Shown piece by piece: positions 1-12,185 of a stretch of 64,000 nucleotides of DNA. The stretch lies in NCBI GenBank assembly GCA_951406725.2, contig OX597831.1:70060001-70124000 (forward strand). Direction: 5' to 3'. This stretch comes from Octopus vulgaris. Lineage: Eukaryota. The first letter of the stretch is position 1. The number at the start of each line of letters is the position of its first letter. The notes under the pieces are model-generated. The model ran no database searches. It saw nothing but the letters and a program-made list of their open reading frames with translations, and was not told the DNA's origin. The translations under genes were made by a program, and so were the position numbers.

Positions 1-410
1 TTACATTAATCTTAATTTTATTTGGGCCAGAGTTCTTTCGTCACACTCCTGTGACCGCATCAGGGGTCCTTTGCTTGCTTTCTTCTTTCTTATTTGTGTG
101 TCTCTCCTTACTAACCGTCAACCATTTTGTATTTCTATTGAAATAAGAAAGAAGAAAGCAAAGGACCACTGATGCGGTCACAGGAGTGTGACGAAAGAAC
201 TCCTGGCCGAAATAAGATTAAGTTTAATGTAAAAAATAAATAACACTGAAGCAAAATAACACCAAATATATAGTGCGTGTGTTTTTATTGGTTAAACTGG
301 CAAAATGACCATTCCTAAATACAACAATATCTGTTTCAACACACGATTTCACATAAAAAATCTTGCACAACAAATATATAAACGTTTTCACCATTATTTT
401 GCTTAAAAAG
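1..410. mobile_element. Penelope-like (PLE) pLTR remnant: inverted repeat (arms ~1-94 / ~142-232) with an HHR-like motif in each arm
   Basis: Arms are near reverse complements. The + arm reads GGACCA-CTGATGCG-GTCACA ggag TGTGAC-GAAA-GAAC-TC-CTGGCC. Truncated by the window start. Confidence 0.65.
163..208 (+). ncRNA. Minimal type I hammerhead-like motif (mirror copy on - strand at 24-70)
   Basis: CTGATG core, perfect 6-bp stem II GTCACA/TGTGAC, GAAA, UC cleavage site. A9 is non-canonical. Confidence 0.55.
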
Positions 411-870
411 AAAAATAGTTTGGAATAGATTAATATCTATTCTGTTTACTTCAGGATGGAAGAATATAGTTTGTCATCAGACATATTTAAATTTCATACT
501 TTGTAAATATTAATTTACTTGTGATTTAGTATTCTTCTAATAGAGTAGCAGAGACAGGTGTTAGTCACAGGTAAACTGGTGTCAATCACACTCTGAACAA
601 AAAGTTGGGAAAACTATAAATTTTTTTTTTTTTTTAAGCGCAGAGAAAAGTATTTTTAAAAGAACAGAAAAAATTAGAGTAAATGAATATCATTTTGATA
701 GGATATTCAGACTTTTCTAAAATAGATAATGTTATTGTTGATAATTTCAAATGAAAGAGAAGCAATTTTGCTAGCATTGTGAGTGAAAGGAGATAGTGTT
801 TTGTTACACTTTGTCTGTGTTTGCTGGGTTCAAACTGAAAAGCGAAAAATACACAGAAATACAGAAACTT

Positions 871-1290
871 GTGCAGGAGTGGCTGTGTGGTAAGTAGCTT
901 GCTAACCAACCACATGGTTCCGGGTTCAGTCCCACTGCGTGGCATCTTGGGCAAGTGTCTTCTGCTATAGCCCCGGGCCCACCAATGCCTTGTGAGTGGA
1001 TTTGGTAGACGGAAACTGAAAGAAGCCTGTCATATATATGTATATATATATATGTATGTGTGTGTGTGTGTTTGTGTATCTGTGTTTGTCCCCCTAGCAT
1101 TGCTTGACAACCGATGCTGGTGTGTTTACGTCCCTGTCACTTAGCGGTTCGGCAAAAGAGACCAATAGAATAAGTACTGGGCTTACAAAGAATAAGTCCT
1201 GGGGTCGATTTGCTTGACTAAAGGCGGTGCTCCAGCATGGCCGCAGTCAAATGACTGAAACAAGTAAAAGAGTAAAGAGAGAAAGAGTAA
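871..1290 (+). mobile_element. tRNA-derived SINE, family A, full length
   Basis: Head GCAGGAGTGGCTGTGTGGTAAG..GGTTCAGTCCC, internal (TA)n(TG)n, tail GAAACAAGTAAAAGAG. Near-identical copies at 13351, 19895 and 28265. Confidence 0.9.
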
Positions 1291-1564
1291 ATCCAAAATT
1301 TGAACTTGAAGATTCTGTGTTCTTTTTAGATAAAATAACATCATTAATTTTCACATATATATAACTAGTAACAAGGGAAAAGAAAAAAATTTGAATCCGA
1401 GCAAGACAGACATACTGCCAAAATATTGTTCAGTTCAATAAGCAGAGTCAATCTTTATTCCTCACAAATCAGATTGTACTCCTCTTATTGTGTACTTACT
1501 TTCAGGGAAGAGTTATGCCAATCTTTATAAACTTATTATTATTCACTTAACTGATTTATCAATG

Positions 1565-1965
1565 TCTATGTCACATTTCAGCTCCATCTTGCAGCTCAGA
1601 AATGAAACACTTTCCTCAACAAAAGCTATTCTAAGTATCACAACTATCTGATTACTTCCTAAGAAGTTTGGGATTTGCAGCTTTTGATGCCAGAGTATTG
1701 CTCTCTTTGAGATCGATTAAGTATACCAATCACAATAGGTACCACACGCACTTTTGAGGGTCTATGAATTTTTTAAATTTCCAATCATAAGTCTTGGTAC
1801 TTCCCAACTTTTTCACCTGCTGTCCTAGCAATATTTTGGTCTGCAGGTATAGCTATGTTGATGCAGGTCCATTCTTTGGACTCCTTCAGTCAAAGAGTGA
1901 TATCTGGACGATTATGTTGCAACTTTTTGCCTGGACATATTGATATATCCCATGTGAGACCCACC
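1565..1965 (-). pseudogene. Decayed 3' end of an R4/Dong-type (restriction-like endonuclease) non-LTR retrotransposon
   Basis: Minus-strand translation contains HNRPDI..IAIPADQNI..EKVGKYQDL..VVPIVIG, with stops. Confidence 0.8.
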
Positions 1966-2002
1966 CATCATCATCATCATCATCATCATCATCATTATAA
2001 TT

Positions 2003-2222
2003 AAGGCGGTGGGCTGGCAGAATCGTTAGTATACTGGATGAAATGCTTAGAAGTATTTCATCTGACTTCACGTTCTGAGTTCAAATTCCACCAAGGTCTA
2101 TTTTGCCTGTTATCCTTTCGGAGTTGATAAATTAAGTGCCAGTTGTGTACTGGGGTCAATTTTAATCGACTATCCCCCTCCCCAAAATTTCAGGCCTTGT
2201 GCCTATAGTAGAAAGGATTATA
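2003..2222 (+). mobile_element. SINE family B, diverged
   Basis: AAGGCGGTGGGCTGGCAGAATCGTTAG..GAGTTCAAATTCC..ATCCTTTCGGAGTTGATAAATTAAG. Matches copies at 3998, 21050 and 27592. Confidence 0.85.
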
Positions 2223-2237
2223 ATTATTATTATTATT

Positions 2238-2792
2238 GAGTGGTAGAGCAGTGCATGCCATCAAAGTGACACTGGGGTAAAATATACGAAGCCCAGTATA
2301 CCCATCACGACTACCCGTCAGATAAGGGTACACCAGGCACATGCATCACAACCATATGTGCGCGACATGGTGATCTCATATCAAGATAAACAGCACATGA
2401 CCTTGCAGGTGGGGCCCAGTTAGAATTTTCTTCTGGTCGAGTAGCCCATCCCGCTCAAAAGGTCCCTGAATAAGGATTGTTTAAGGATGTTGAACAAAAC
2501 ACCCATGTTTCCAAAGGTGAATTATCCAAACCTCCAAGAACCCCTTTCAATACACGGTCTTGATGCTCCCCCACTACTTCTGCTCGTGATCAGAGATGCA
2601 CATATCGTCAGCCACTAAGGGACATGCTCAACTGGTTACGGTCAAACAACTGACAAGTAAATCTGTGGTATTGAACAGAATATTTGCTGTAGCCCATCTT
2701 TTTATACCTAGACAAAACAATGTACATGATAACACTTCCAATCAGTTAAGATCAGGAGCCATAAGAGCCACCGTCTGGTACTGCATCAGGGC

Positions 2793-2796
<4 letters not shown>
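2238..2796 (-). mobile_element. ~560-bp non-coding insertion embedded in an (ATT)n/(TAA)n tract, probably a non-autonomous retroelement
   Basis: GC-richer block with (ATT)n on both sides. The minus strand ends ..CCACTC(AAT)n. No credible ORF. Confidence 0.5.
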
Positions 2797-2847
<51 letters not shown>

Positions 2848-2898
2848 GTTGTTATTATCATTATTATTATCATTATTATTATTATTATTATTATTATT
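2794..2898. repeat. (ATT)n microsatellite
   Basis: Direct inspection. Confidence 0.95.
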
Positions 2899-3185
2899 GA
2901 ACATGTGGTAATTTAAGGCAAATCTATCCTGCATTACCTGCTACACCTCCATGTTGCTGGTGTGTGTGTAGCATTGTGTGTTCTTTTTTGTTTTTGTTGG
3001 GAGGAATGCAAACTCTTCCCAGCATTGTATTGTGTCAGCTTGTTTGTTTGGGTTGTGTTATGTTGGCAGGGAGTCGATAGAATTATTACCATGCCAGACA
3101 AAATACTCAGAGGTATTTCTTCTGGCTTATTATATTCTGAGTTCAAATGCTGCTGAGGTTGGCTGCCTTTCATCCTTTTAGGCTT

Positions 3186-3325
3186 CATCATCATCATCAT
3201 CATCGTCGTTTAGCGTCCGTTTTCCATGCTAGCATGGGTTGGACGGTTCTACTGGGGTCTGTGAAGCCAGAAGGCTTCATCAGGCCCAGTCAAATCTGGC
3301 AGTGTTTCTACGGCTGGATGCCCTT
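3186..3325 (-). mobile_element. RTE LINE extreme 3' end with (GAT)n tail, inserted into a decayed family B SINE (~3060-3420)
   Basis: Reverse complement of the 45040-45181 tail (CCCATGCTAGCATGGAAA..GGACG..GATGATG). Confidence 0.8.
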
Positions 3326-3997
3326 CGATAAATTATATACCAGTTGAGGACTGGATTTGCTGTAATTGACTTAACCCCACTCCCTTAAAAATTATTGGCT
3401 TTAATGCCAAAAATTACAACAAAATTTTTTTTCATTGTTGGAGGTAGATTGACAGAATCATTAGAATCTGGGACAAAATGCTTAGCTGTATTTAATGTTC
3501 TGACTTCAGATTTCACAAAGGTCAACTGTGCTTTTCATTCTTTTCACTTTTCACTCAATAAAAGACTAGCCAATTACTTGGGTCATAATAATCAACTTTT
3601 CTTTTCTAACAAAATTTCTGGCCTTGTGCCTTTGATAAAAATCATTATTGATAGGTTAGTGGATAGGCAAACTCTTTGAACAAATGCCTTACATTAATTC
3701 GTCCCAGTTATTTATGTTGTGAGTTCAAATTCTGCTAATGTCACTGTTGCTTTCATCTTTCCAAGAGCATAAAATTAAAGTACCAATTAATTACAGAGGT
3801 CAATTTAATTGACTTAGCCCCTCCACTCATACATTTATTAAAAAAAAACATTATTTTCTTTATTATTAGTATTTGATGAATGTCAGGATCAGTGAAACAT
3901 TGATAAAATATTCTAGCATATTTAACTATGCAATGGTGGTGGTGGTGGTTGTAATGTTGGTATTATTGTGTGATATTATTGGTGGTGGTGGTATTAT

Positions 3998-4230
3998 TCG
4001 GTGAGCGGGCAGAATCGTTAGCACGCTGGGCGAAATGCTTAGTGGTATTTCGTCTGCTGTTACATTATGGGTTCAAATTCCGCCAAGGTCGACTTTGCCT
4101 TTCATCCTTTCGGGGTCGATTAAATAAGTACCAGTTACACACTGGGGTCGATATAATTGACTTAATCCGTTTGTCTGTCCTTGTTTATCCTCTCTGTGTT
4201 TAGCCCCTTGTGGGTAGTAAAGAAATAGGT
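3998..4230 (+). mobile_element. SINE family B
   Basis: High similarity to the copy at 21050-21281. Confidence 0.9.
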
Positions 4231-5693
4231 ATTATTATTGTGTGGAGGCTTCAGTTGTTAGACATTGGTTCGGTTACTGGTAGCAGCAGCAATGGCGGTG
4301 GCGGCAGCAGTGGTGGTAGTGGTGGTGGTAGAGGCAGCACTGGTGATGTTGTAGAACTACTGATGTATCAGGTCAGGATATGAGTGCTTGAAGGAAATAA
4401 AAAAAACACACAAGAAACCTTTGATGATAATGATCAAAAGTGTTCTGGCCACACCAGCTCTAACTTTTATACAAATATCATAAGTATAATAATACAACTA
4501 TTTTAGGATGGGCTGGTAATACTTAATGGAAATTAAGCTGCCCTTCCCACCAAATCAAGCTAACAGTGGCTAAAAAATGCTTCAATTGTTGTTCCTCTTG
4601 TTGTTGTTGTCCAGACCCAGGTCAGCCCTGATCAAGCAGATCTATCATCAAAGATGTTCCACCTTTGCCATCATAATTTTTTGTTTTTTTGTGTTTCTGT
4701 AACTACACTTGTTCAGCATGTCCTTCTTATGTCAAGACAGTAGTGTGTAATTTGAGGGAATTTGGTTGATATACCTAACTGCTTGTAGGCGACTAGCTAT
4801 CATGTTGATGGTGAATATGTTGTGGTGATGTCCTCTGTAATAGTGGTTATAGTGAAAACAGTGATGATGATGATGATGACATGATGGAGGCTTGAAAACG
4901 GCGATGATAATCTGAGCAATTGAAAATGTTCAACAGAGAAAGTTGATAAATTTCTTAATTTGAAAAGGAAAAGTTAAAAACAGAATAAACAGAAAGGAAA
5001 CAAGAAGCATTTTTCTTTCTCTAAATTATTCATAGAATTAGCAAAGGAATACTTTTTCTCATTTCTCTTCAATTTTTGTAAAATTTAATCTGTTTCTTCC
5101 TTTCAGAATTTTGACATTTGTAAGTTTTGGAATTTAGTGATATTCTTTAGATAATAAGGAGTTTATAACTTTGTGATTTGATTTTATTAATTAATCCTTT
5201 GATAAAAAGAAGCAGAAACATTTTCAATGCAAAACAGCAGGAAGAAATTTGACTGGGAAAAAATCATTGATAATAATGACGACTGTTGATGGGGGGGGAG
5301 TAGCAGGAGTGGTGGTGGAAGGAGTTGCAGTGGCAGTGGCAGCAGCAGCAGCAGCAGTGGTGTGAAAATGGGAAAAATGAATGGGGATGATGATGATGAT
5401 GTGAAGATGTTCTTTGTCATGGTAATAGTTAAGGACATGGCAGTACTACTAGTGAAACTAGTGTTAGAGGTAGTATTAATGTGTAGGTGGTGGTGGTCAT
5501 TGTTGTAGTGATGAATATCTTAGGAACTCCATGACCATTGAAAAGAGATTAGAATTCATTAGATCCCTTAGTTTTTCTGTAATGTTGACACATACATCAT
5601 TCCTAATATCTCATTTCAAAATGTTTTTATTTTGTGGTGAAGGTCACTTGGTAATGTAAAGAACAGATTCTTAATGAGGCAATAAAAAGTTTC

Positions 5694-6086
5694 GGATCTT
5701 TTCGGTTTGAACGGCAGTTTTTAACATAATTTCTAGGTAACTAAAAAATTTTAAACTTTGTATACTCGTAGAATGTGTTTATAAAACATCTTTTTCTCTT
5801 GGCTTTATTGAGAAAATTCTGTATTTGTAAGATATTTGTAAGATATTTTCTTCAATTTCTGCAATTTCAACCAATCAATGACCGTCTATTGAGGTGAAAA
5901 CATTCTGTGCCGTATGAATATGTCCCTCATTTAAGAAACAGATTGGGTTTATTTATATTTGTGAAGAAAAAAACATACCCTCCTCCCCCTAACCCTAAGA
6001 CAGATAGAAATGCAATAGATCGATACTAGAGTCACAATTTCATATGACACCGCTAGAAAGAACTGCCGTACAAACCGAAAAGATCC
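5694..6086. mobile_element. MITE with 26-bp TIRs and a perfect 8-bp TSD (Merlin-like)
   Basis: TIRs GGATCTTTTCGGTTTGAACGGCAGTT / AACTGCCGTACAAACCGAAAAGATCC. TSD AAAGTTTC at 5686-5693 and 6087-6094. Confidence 0.9.
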
Positions 6087-7293
6087 AAAGTTTCTTTTAG
6101 TCATTCTTAATTTCTTGAAATTATCTCCCCACTTTTAGGGGTGACTAATAATTATGACTGAGGTTTTTAACCTTTTCTATTCTTTATTCAAAGTAGGAAT
6201 TCAATTGAGACATTTTTTTGCACACACCATTCAGTGTATTCTAACTTAAATTATTCATGGCTTATATGTCTGATCATTTATTTTCTTATAGTATGAAAGA
6301 ATATTAACATTCTGGATGTCAGGATTTTAATAAGACAAATGGAATTATACTTGAGATTTAGAATGTTAGTAGATAGAGGGCAAACTATATTTGGCATTCA
6401 AAGATGTTACTGAATTTTTTACACTTCCAAAAGTTTATGTTCAAGTGAAGAGTCTCTGTTTTGCTTTTCAAAGCAGTCATTTCATTTGTGCAAGCACCAG
6501 GCAAATATTGGTAAAGGTGAAATTTTGTTGGTTATGAAAAGATTTTTATTCTCTCTAAAAAGATGAAATAATGTAATGTAGTTAGCTTACAGCTTCACAT
6601 CTACCACCTTTTATGAGCCAATGAAGTACTCTCTACACAGTGACTCAGACTGCTAAAAATTGTAGACAAATCCCTCCAAGATTATATGCAATAATTTTAA
6701 AACAGGAATGATGCATTAAATGATGTAGCAGCCTGGTAAAAAAATGGCATTAGAATGCTTTCTGATCTGGGCCTAAACAACAACAATAATAACAGCTTTT
6801 CCATCCTTTGATCCTAAAGTAATATTGAAGTATTGGAAATATTGTATTTAGGACTCTAAAATGCTATCAGCTGGAAAAATCCCTTATTTCAGAACCCTAA
6901 AATTTAAGGGGATGATGCATAGAGACCTTGCAGCAAGTCTTAAAAGGGGTGAATTTGAATCCTAAAAGGTTATTGGAAGAGGCATCCTCTATATTTGTTT
7001 TCTTTATTTTTTTACTATTCTGCGACGATCCTGAACATTTACAGGGGTGAAGAGACAATTATACTTTAGATTTAAAATGTTAATTATTTGAGTAAAAATT
7101 GATACAGTTTTGAGAGTCTGAACTTTGTAAAGACATTCTTTGTTGATGCAGCTATACATGCCATTATTGTTATGCTGATGAGGATGGCAATGAGTATTGT
7201 AGTACATTAAGTGATGAACAAGATGGTTGTACATGTTGAAGACTGGATTATTATTTCCTGTTAGATGTGTGCTCTTTGTGCTGTTGTTAAGCT

Positions 7294-7553
7294 CAGTGGT
7301 TCTCAACTAGGATCCATGTGGCCTTTTGGAGTTCACATAAGATTTTATTGTTAAAATTTAGGTGCAAGAAATTGGTTGTACTAATACAACACACAAAATA
7401 TTTTAATAATATTTAAAAAAATACAAATCCTAATAATATTTAATTATAAAAATACAACATCGTTTTTTTTTTTTAGATATTGAAGGGCTAAGAAGGTTCG
7501 TTTGAGTAAAATATCAAAAGGGTCCATAGGTAAGAAAAAGTTGAGAAACACTG
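7294..7553. mobile_element. hAT (Charlie-like) MITE
   Basis: Termini CAGTGGTTCTCAAC / GTTGAGAAACACTG. Homologous copy at 30346-30601. TSD not clean. Confidence 0.8.
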
Positions 7554-8731
7554 GCTTAACCCTACACCAGTTCTGATTGATCTTCGTCAAAGGAATTCCA
7601 ACCAACGTCATTTTTACAAAGCATTGTATATTATTTAATGTATACTCTTTAACTCTTAAACTAGTTTCAACTCAAGGGCTGTGGCAATGCTGGGACTACC
7701 ATTTTAATTTCGAGACAGCAAGTTATAGTCCTAAGGAGATTAAGCTGTCTTCTGTTAGTGCAACAGGTGACAGTGATTGTTAGTTTTAAAGATATTTGAA
7801 ATTTTGTTACTGTTATTTAACAACATTCCAGCCCTTTAATGACAGTTGACTTCTCTTACACATGTTGTATAACACAAATTGATTTGTTGCTTATACTTCA
7901 GTTGAGTGATGCAAAAATTACTGGACTGAAATCTGAGACTTCTAATAATAGTGAACTGGCTGAATAGGAACAAATTCTAGAACAGAACTGGCCTTACTCT
8001 GTGTCTTGCACAACACTTATCCAGGCAGTTCTATTTAACGAGCATGAAGTTGTTGTTTCACAGGCAATGAGGTAACAAATTATTAATTATATACATGAAT
8101 GGCATTTAAATTGCTCAATGTGTGTAATGGGAGCAACGGAATTACTGTATTGATCTGCAATGTTGGCAGATATCATTGCATTATCTACCAGCTGGGATAC
8201 CTGTATTGAATATCAAAGAAATCAGAAAAAGGAAAAACTTGAATCACTGTTGGAATTACTCTGGCCAGCTGTGGAGCAAATTTGCTTTAGCACAAAATCT
8301 TTCAGCTTTTTGGGGTTTTTTTTTCCTGTGGATGCATTGAATATAGTAAACTGCTAGATCTAAAAATCCAAACAACTGTGAAACATTATAAATCTCAATT
8401 TGTGAGACAATATTTGAGTGAAATTTGTGAAAAAATACTGGCCTGCAATTTAACAAATTGATTGAAGAATTCTCAAGCATATCACACTTTGAGTAAAGAA
8501 ACATAATCAGAATTTTAAAACAACTTTTAATGAAAGTAGATAAAAATATCTTTCCAATTTAGGCTGCATGAATGCGCTTATTTGAGGTATGGCTGTGAGG
8601 ATTTAAAAGTTTTATTTACAGCATACAGCACCTAGGGAAAGTAACCTACAATAACCCAGGGATGATCCAAGTTTTGGTTTTGTGAACAGAAACTAGAGGT
8701 CCATTCTAAATACATACACAGGCATATAAAT

Positions 8732-9131
8732 ATACATACATACATACATACATACATACATACATACATACATACATACATACATACATACATGTATGTG
8801 TGTATAGAAATAATTGAGATTCAGTTGAATTAGGTTCTTCAGTTGAAGCACCAAGCCAGTCTGATGATAGCCCTGCATTTAAATTGATGTAATAATTGCA
8901 CTGTTCAATTAATTGGAGCTGCTTGAAACAGTCATACTGCATCACTTCTTGATATTGCATTGCTCATTTTGATTTTATATGTGTGTGTACATATATATAT
9001 ATATGTGTGTGCATGTATGTATGTATGTATGTATGTATGTATGTATGTATGTATGTATGTATGTATGTATGTATGCATGCATGCATGTATGTATGTATGT
9101 ATGCATGCATGTATGTATGTATGTATGTGTG

Positions 9132-9167
<36 letters not shown>

Positions 9168-9168
9168 T
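8732..9168. repeat. (TACA)n at ~8732-8792 and (TATG)n/(TG)n at ~8975-9168
   Basis: Direct inspection. Confidence 0.9.
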
Positions 9169-9171
9169 GTG

Positions 9172-9350
9172 ATCATCATCAGCATTTAACATTGCTTTGA
9201 CAGGAGCTGGCTAGGCAGAAGACTGCACCATATTTCACTGTCTGTTTTGTCATGGTTTCTACAGCTGGATGCCCTTCCTAACACCAGCCACTCTGCAAAG
9301 TAGACTGAGTGCCCATAATGTGGGACCAGCACAGGTGAGATCAGTTTTGG
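9172..9350 (-). mobile_element. Decayed RTE LINE 3' end
   Basis: TTTCTACAGCTGGATGCCCTTCCTAAC is the reverse complement of the RTE 3'UTR motif. Confidence 0.7.
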
Positions 9351-9364
9351 CATAGGTTTTTTTA

Positions 9365-9522
9365 CGCTTCTTTCAGTTTCCATCTACCAAATCCACTTAC
9401 AAGGCTTTGGTAAGCCCAAGGTTAAAGTAGAAGACAGTTACTCAAGCTGCCACACAGTGGGACTGAACCTCGAACAATGTGGTTCAGAAGCAAGCTTCTT
9501 ACTGCACAGCCACACCTGTGCC
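9365..9522 (-). mobile_element. SINE family A, 5' half
   Basis: Reverse complement of the family A head. Confidence 0.85.
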
Positions 9523-9551
<29 letters not shown>

Positions 9552-9553
<2 letters not shown>

Positions 9554-9824
9554 GTGCAGGAGTGGTTGTGTGGCAAGTAGCTTGCCTACCAACCACATGG
9601 TTCCAGGTTCAGTCCCACTGTGTGGCACTTTGGGCAAGTGTCTTCTACTATAGCTTCAGGCTGACCAAACCTTGTGAGTGGATTTGGTAGACAGAAACTG
9701 AAAGAGACCGATAGAATAAGTACTAGGCTTCGAAAGAATAAGTTCTGAGATCAATCTGCTCGACTAAAGGCGGTGCTCCAGCATGGCCACAGTCAAATGA
9801 CTGAAACAAGTAAAAGAGTAAAGA

Positions 9825-9825
<1 letters not shown>
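9552..9825 (+). mobile_element. SINE family A with internal deletion
   Basis: Head and tail present. The central microsatellite region is missing (GAAACTGAAAGAG joined to ACCGATAG). Confidence 0.9.
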
Positions 9826-9865
<40 letters not shown>

Positions 9866-10259
9866 CGCTGCTAAGAAACAAACATTATTTAAAACAGTGA
9901 ATTCTGTTTTAAATGAATACTGATGAGCATGAGAAATTACATAATGTTGACATAATCAACAATATTGTGTTATGCAATAGAATTGTTGCAAAATTTAGAA
10001 CCATTTGTTTCATCTCTTGCTACAATTGCTTCAAGGCATAACAAGCATTCTCCTCTTTGTAGAACTCTAGTAAACAATTGGAATAGTGAATTACAAATCA
10101 ACAGTAAGTGGTTTTCATCACTGCTTTAAAACTGATAATGGATTGCTTCACTGTAAGCTCTGCAGGATTCTGTCAAGCCTATTGGTGATGTACTATAAGT
10201 TTGTATGCCTTGATTCTATATGAATCCTATATAACAACAATATATATATATATATATAT

Positions 10260-11252
10260 TACAAAACACACAAAAGACAAAGACAGGTGTAGTAACAACT
10301 AACAGGTGTATTAGTTTTAAACTTGGGAAGGAGAGAAAGGCTTTTATGTTTTGAGCCTATGCCCTTCAACAGGAAGGAACACAAGAAAATAAGCAGAGAG
10401 AGAATAGAAAAAGCTTTAGCAGCTAGTGGTCAATCGTGGTGGTTAGCTGGACAGAGGTGGTCCTCAACACAACACACAACGCACCACATATCACCACACC
10501 ACAATACAACACAACACACATCACTACACCACATCACACTACCCAGCACACACTAGAAATGACCCCTTCCCCTTCCCCACACCCCACCCCTCACATTCCC
10601 ACACCCACCCTCCCATCCCCCTACACACACTTCCACCCCCACACCCCATCCTTGAAACCTCCACACCCCAACACTGCCACACCACACCACACCACACAAC
10701 ACTACACTACATCATGCCACACCACATGCCACCACACTACCCATCCACATCACAACACAACACACAACCCACATCACCACACGACCACACCACAAATCAC
10801 CACACCACCACAACACACCACAACATACCACACATCACCACCCCACACCGCCACACCACATCGCACCAGCCCGCACACATTAGCACTGACCACTTCCCAG
10901 CACCCACACTATCATCCACACATCTACACATGCACATATCCACACGTGAAAGTCACCAGCCCCTATCCACACACACACACACACTTTTACATACACATGC
11001 ACGCGCACCTTTGTTTTGGGATTACCACTACTTTATTATCTCACCTTCTTCCTAGCTCCTATCTGACCTCTGTCCAGCCAGCCACCATGATTGACCACTA
11101 AAGCTTTTTTATTATCTCCCACTTTATTTTCTCACGCTCCTTTCTGATGAAGAGCATAGGCTTGAAACGAAAAAATCTTTCTCAACTTCCTGAGCATTAA
11201 ACTAATACACCTGTCTTTGTCTTTTGTTTTTTTTGTAAATTCCAAACATATA
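10260..11252. mobile_element. PLE-like element: ~200-bp diverged inverted arms, each with an HHR-like motif, around a CAC/ACA low-complexity spacer
   Basis: 10260-10460 is roughly the reverse complement of 11062-11252. The + arm has CTTT-CTGATGAA-GAGC atag GCTT-GAAA-CG. The - arm motif is at 10341-10377. Related copy at 46053. Confidence 0.7.
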
Positions 11253-11274
11253 GGCTTTTTAAAATACAGGTCTA

Positions 11275-11408
11275 ACTCATTTTTGCCAGCTGAGTAGGCT
11301 GGAGTAATGTGAAATAAAGTGTCTTGCTCAAGGACACAATGCACCACTGGGAGTCGAACTTATGACCTTACAATCATGAGCTGAATACCCTAACCACTGA
11401 GTCACATG
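11275..11408 (-). mobile_element. SINE family C (CORE-like central domain), partial
   Basis: Minus strand TGTCCTTGAGCAAGACACTTTATTTCAC..TCAGCTGGCAAAAATGAG. Copies at 39880 and 58385. Confidence 0.75.
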
Positions 11409-11423
11409 TTTTCACTATATATA

Positions 11424-11454
<31 letters not shown>

Positions 11455-11757
11455 GTAAATATAAATATATATACACACACACACCTACCTGCTTACATAC
11501 ATACATACATACACACACACACGCACACACACATACACACACACACACACATATATATATTCTCTTATTCCTTTCTGTTGAAGAGCATAGGATCAAAACT
11601 TTTATTTCTGTAACTTCTTATCTTTATTTGAATTTTTATCTGAATTATGGCTTGTACTGTAGAGTCCAGTGAAACTAAACATACCTAATTTAAACATATT
11701 TATGGGATTTAAAAATTAAAATATAGTTTATTGTATTAAATGTTGATAAAGTTATAA

Positions 11758-11854
11758 TGGCCTGATGATTGGGCTGGCATCTTGAGAGGGGTTCCAGGGA
11801 AACACAGAGCGGTTTAGGAACCCAAGGATCTACCTCATGAAACATGTGTAGCCA
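11758..11854 (+). ncRNA. Type I hammerhead motif with a long stem II
   Basis: TGGC-CTGATGA-[~70 nt containing GGGTTCC/GGAACCC]-GAAA-CATGTG-TA-GCCA. Canonical core and a 4-bp stem I. Confidence 0.65.
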
Positions 11855-12143
11855 AGGAATAAAACAGTAGGTATAAAAATAAAAAATAAAAAATAAAAAA
11901 TAAAAATAAAAATTCTTTTTATTTGGTGAGAAGTAGGGGTATACTATCTATAAATTAAAATATACATATATATATTAATTGTTATCGCCATATTAATATG
12001 GCATTCTTATAGATATAAGAATAATCGCTGCCATGGTCAGCTCCATGAGGCCACCGCCATCAAGATAGCTATTGATACACAATCTGTATCCATTATAACC
12101 TTCGAACAAGGGAGGTCAGCCGCTTCACACTGCCAGTCCGACA

Positions 12144-12185
12144 GCTACAGACGCGTTTCGGGGTATTGCCCCTTGTCAATGTAGC
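12144..12185 (-). ncRNA. Minimal hammerhead, U3-A8 core variant
   Basis: GCTACA-TTGACAA-GGGG caata CCCC-GAAA-CGCG-TC-TGTAGC: 6-bp stem I, 4-bp stem II, palindromic stem III, GUC site. Confidence 0.85.

Noticed and set aside
7146-7238. Short Cys-rich frame CSYTCHYCYADEDGNEYC..
   Set aside because: Bounded by stops, with weak splice signals.
7900-8500. Possible hAT transposase C-terminal remnant
   Set aside because: Too degenerate to identify motifs by eye.
10436-11101. 221-aa His/Thr/Pro-rich ORF
   Set aside because: Low-complexity CA-rich spacer with no domain or splice evidence.
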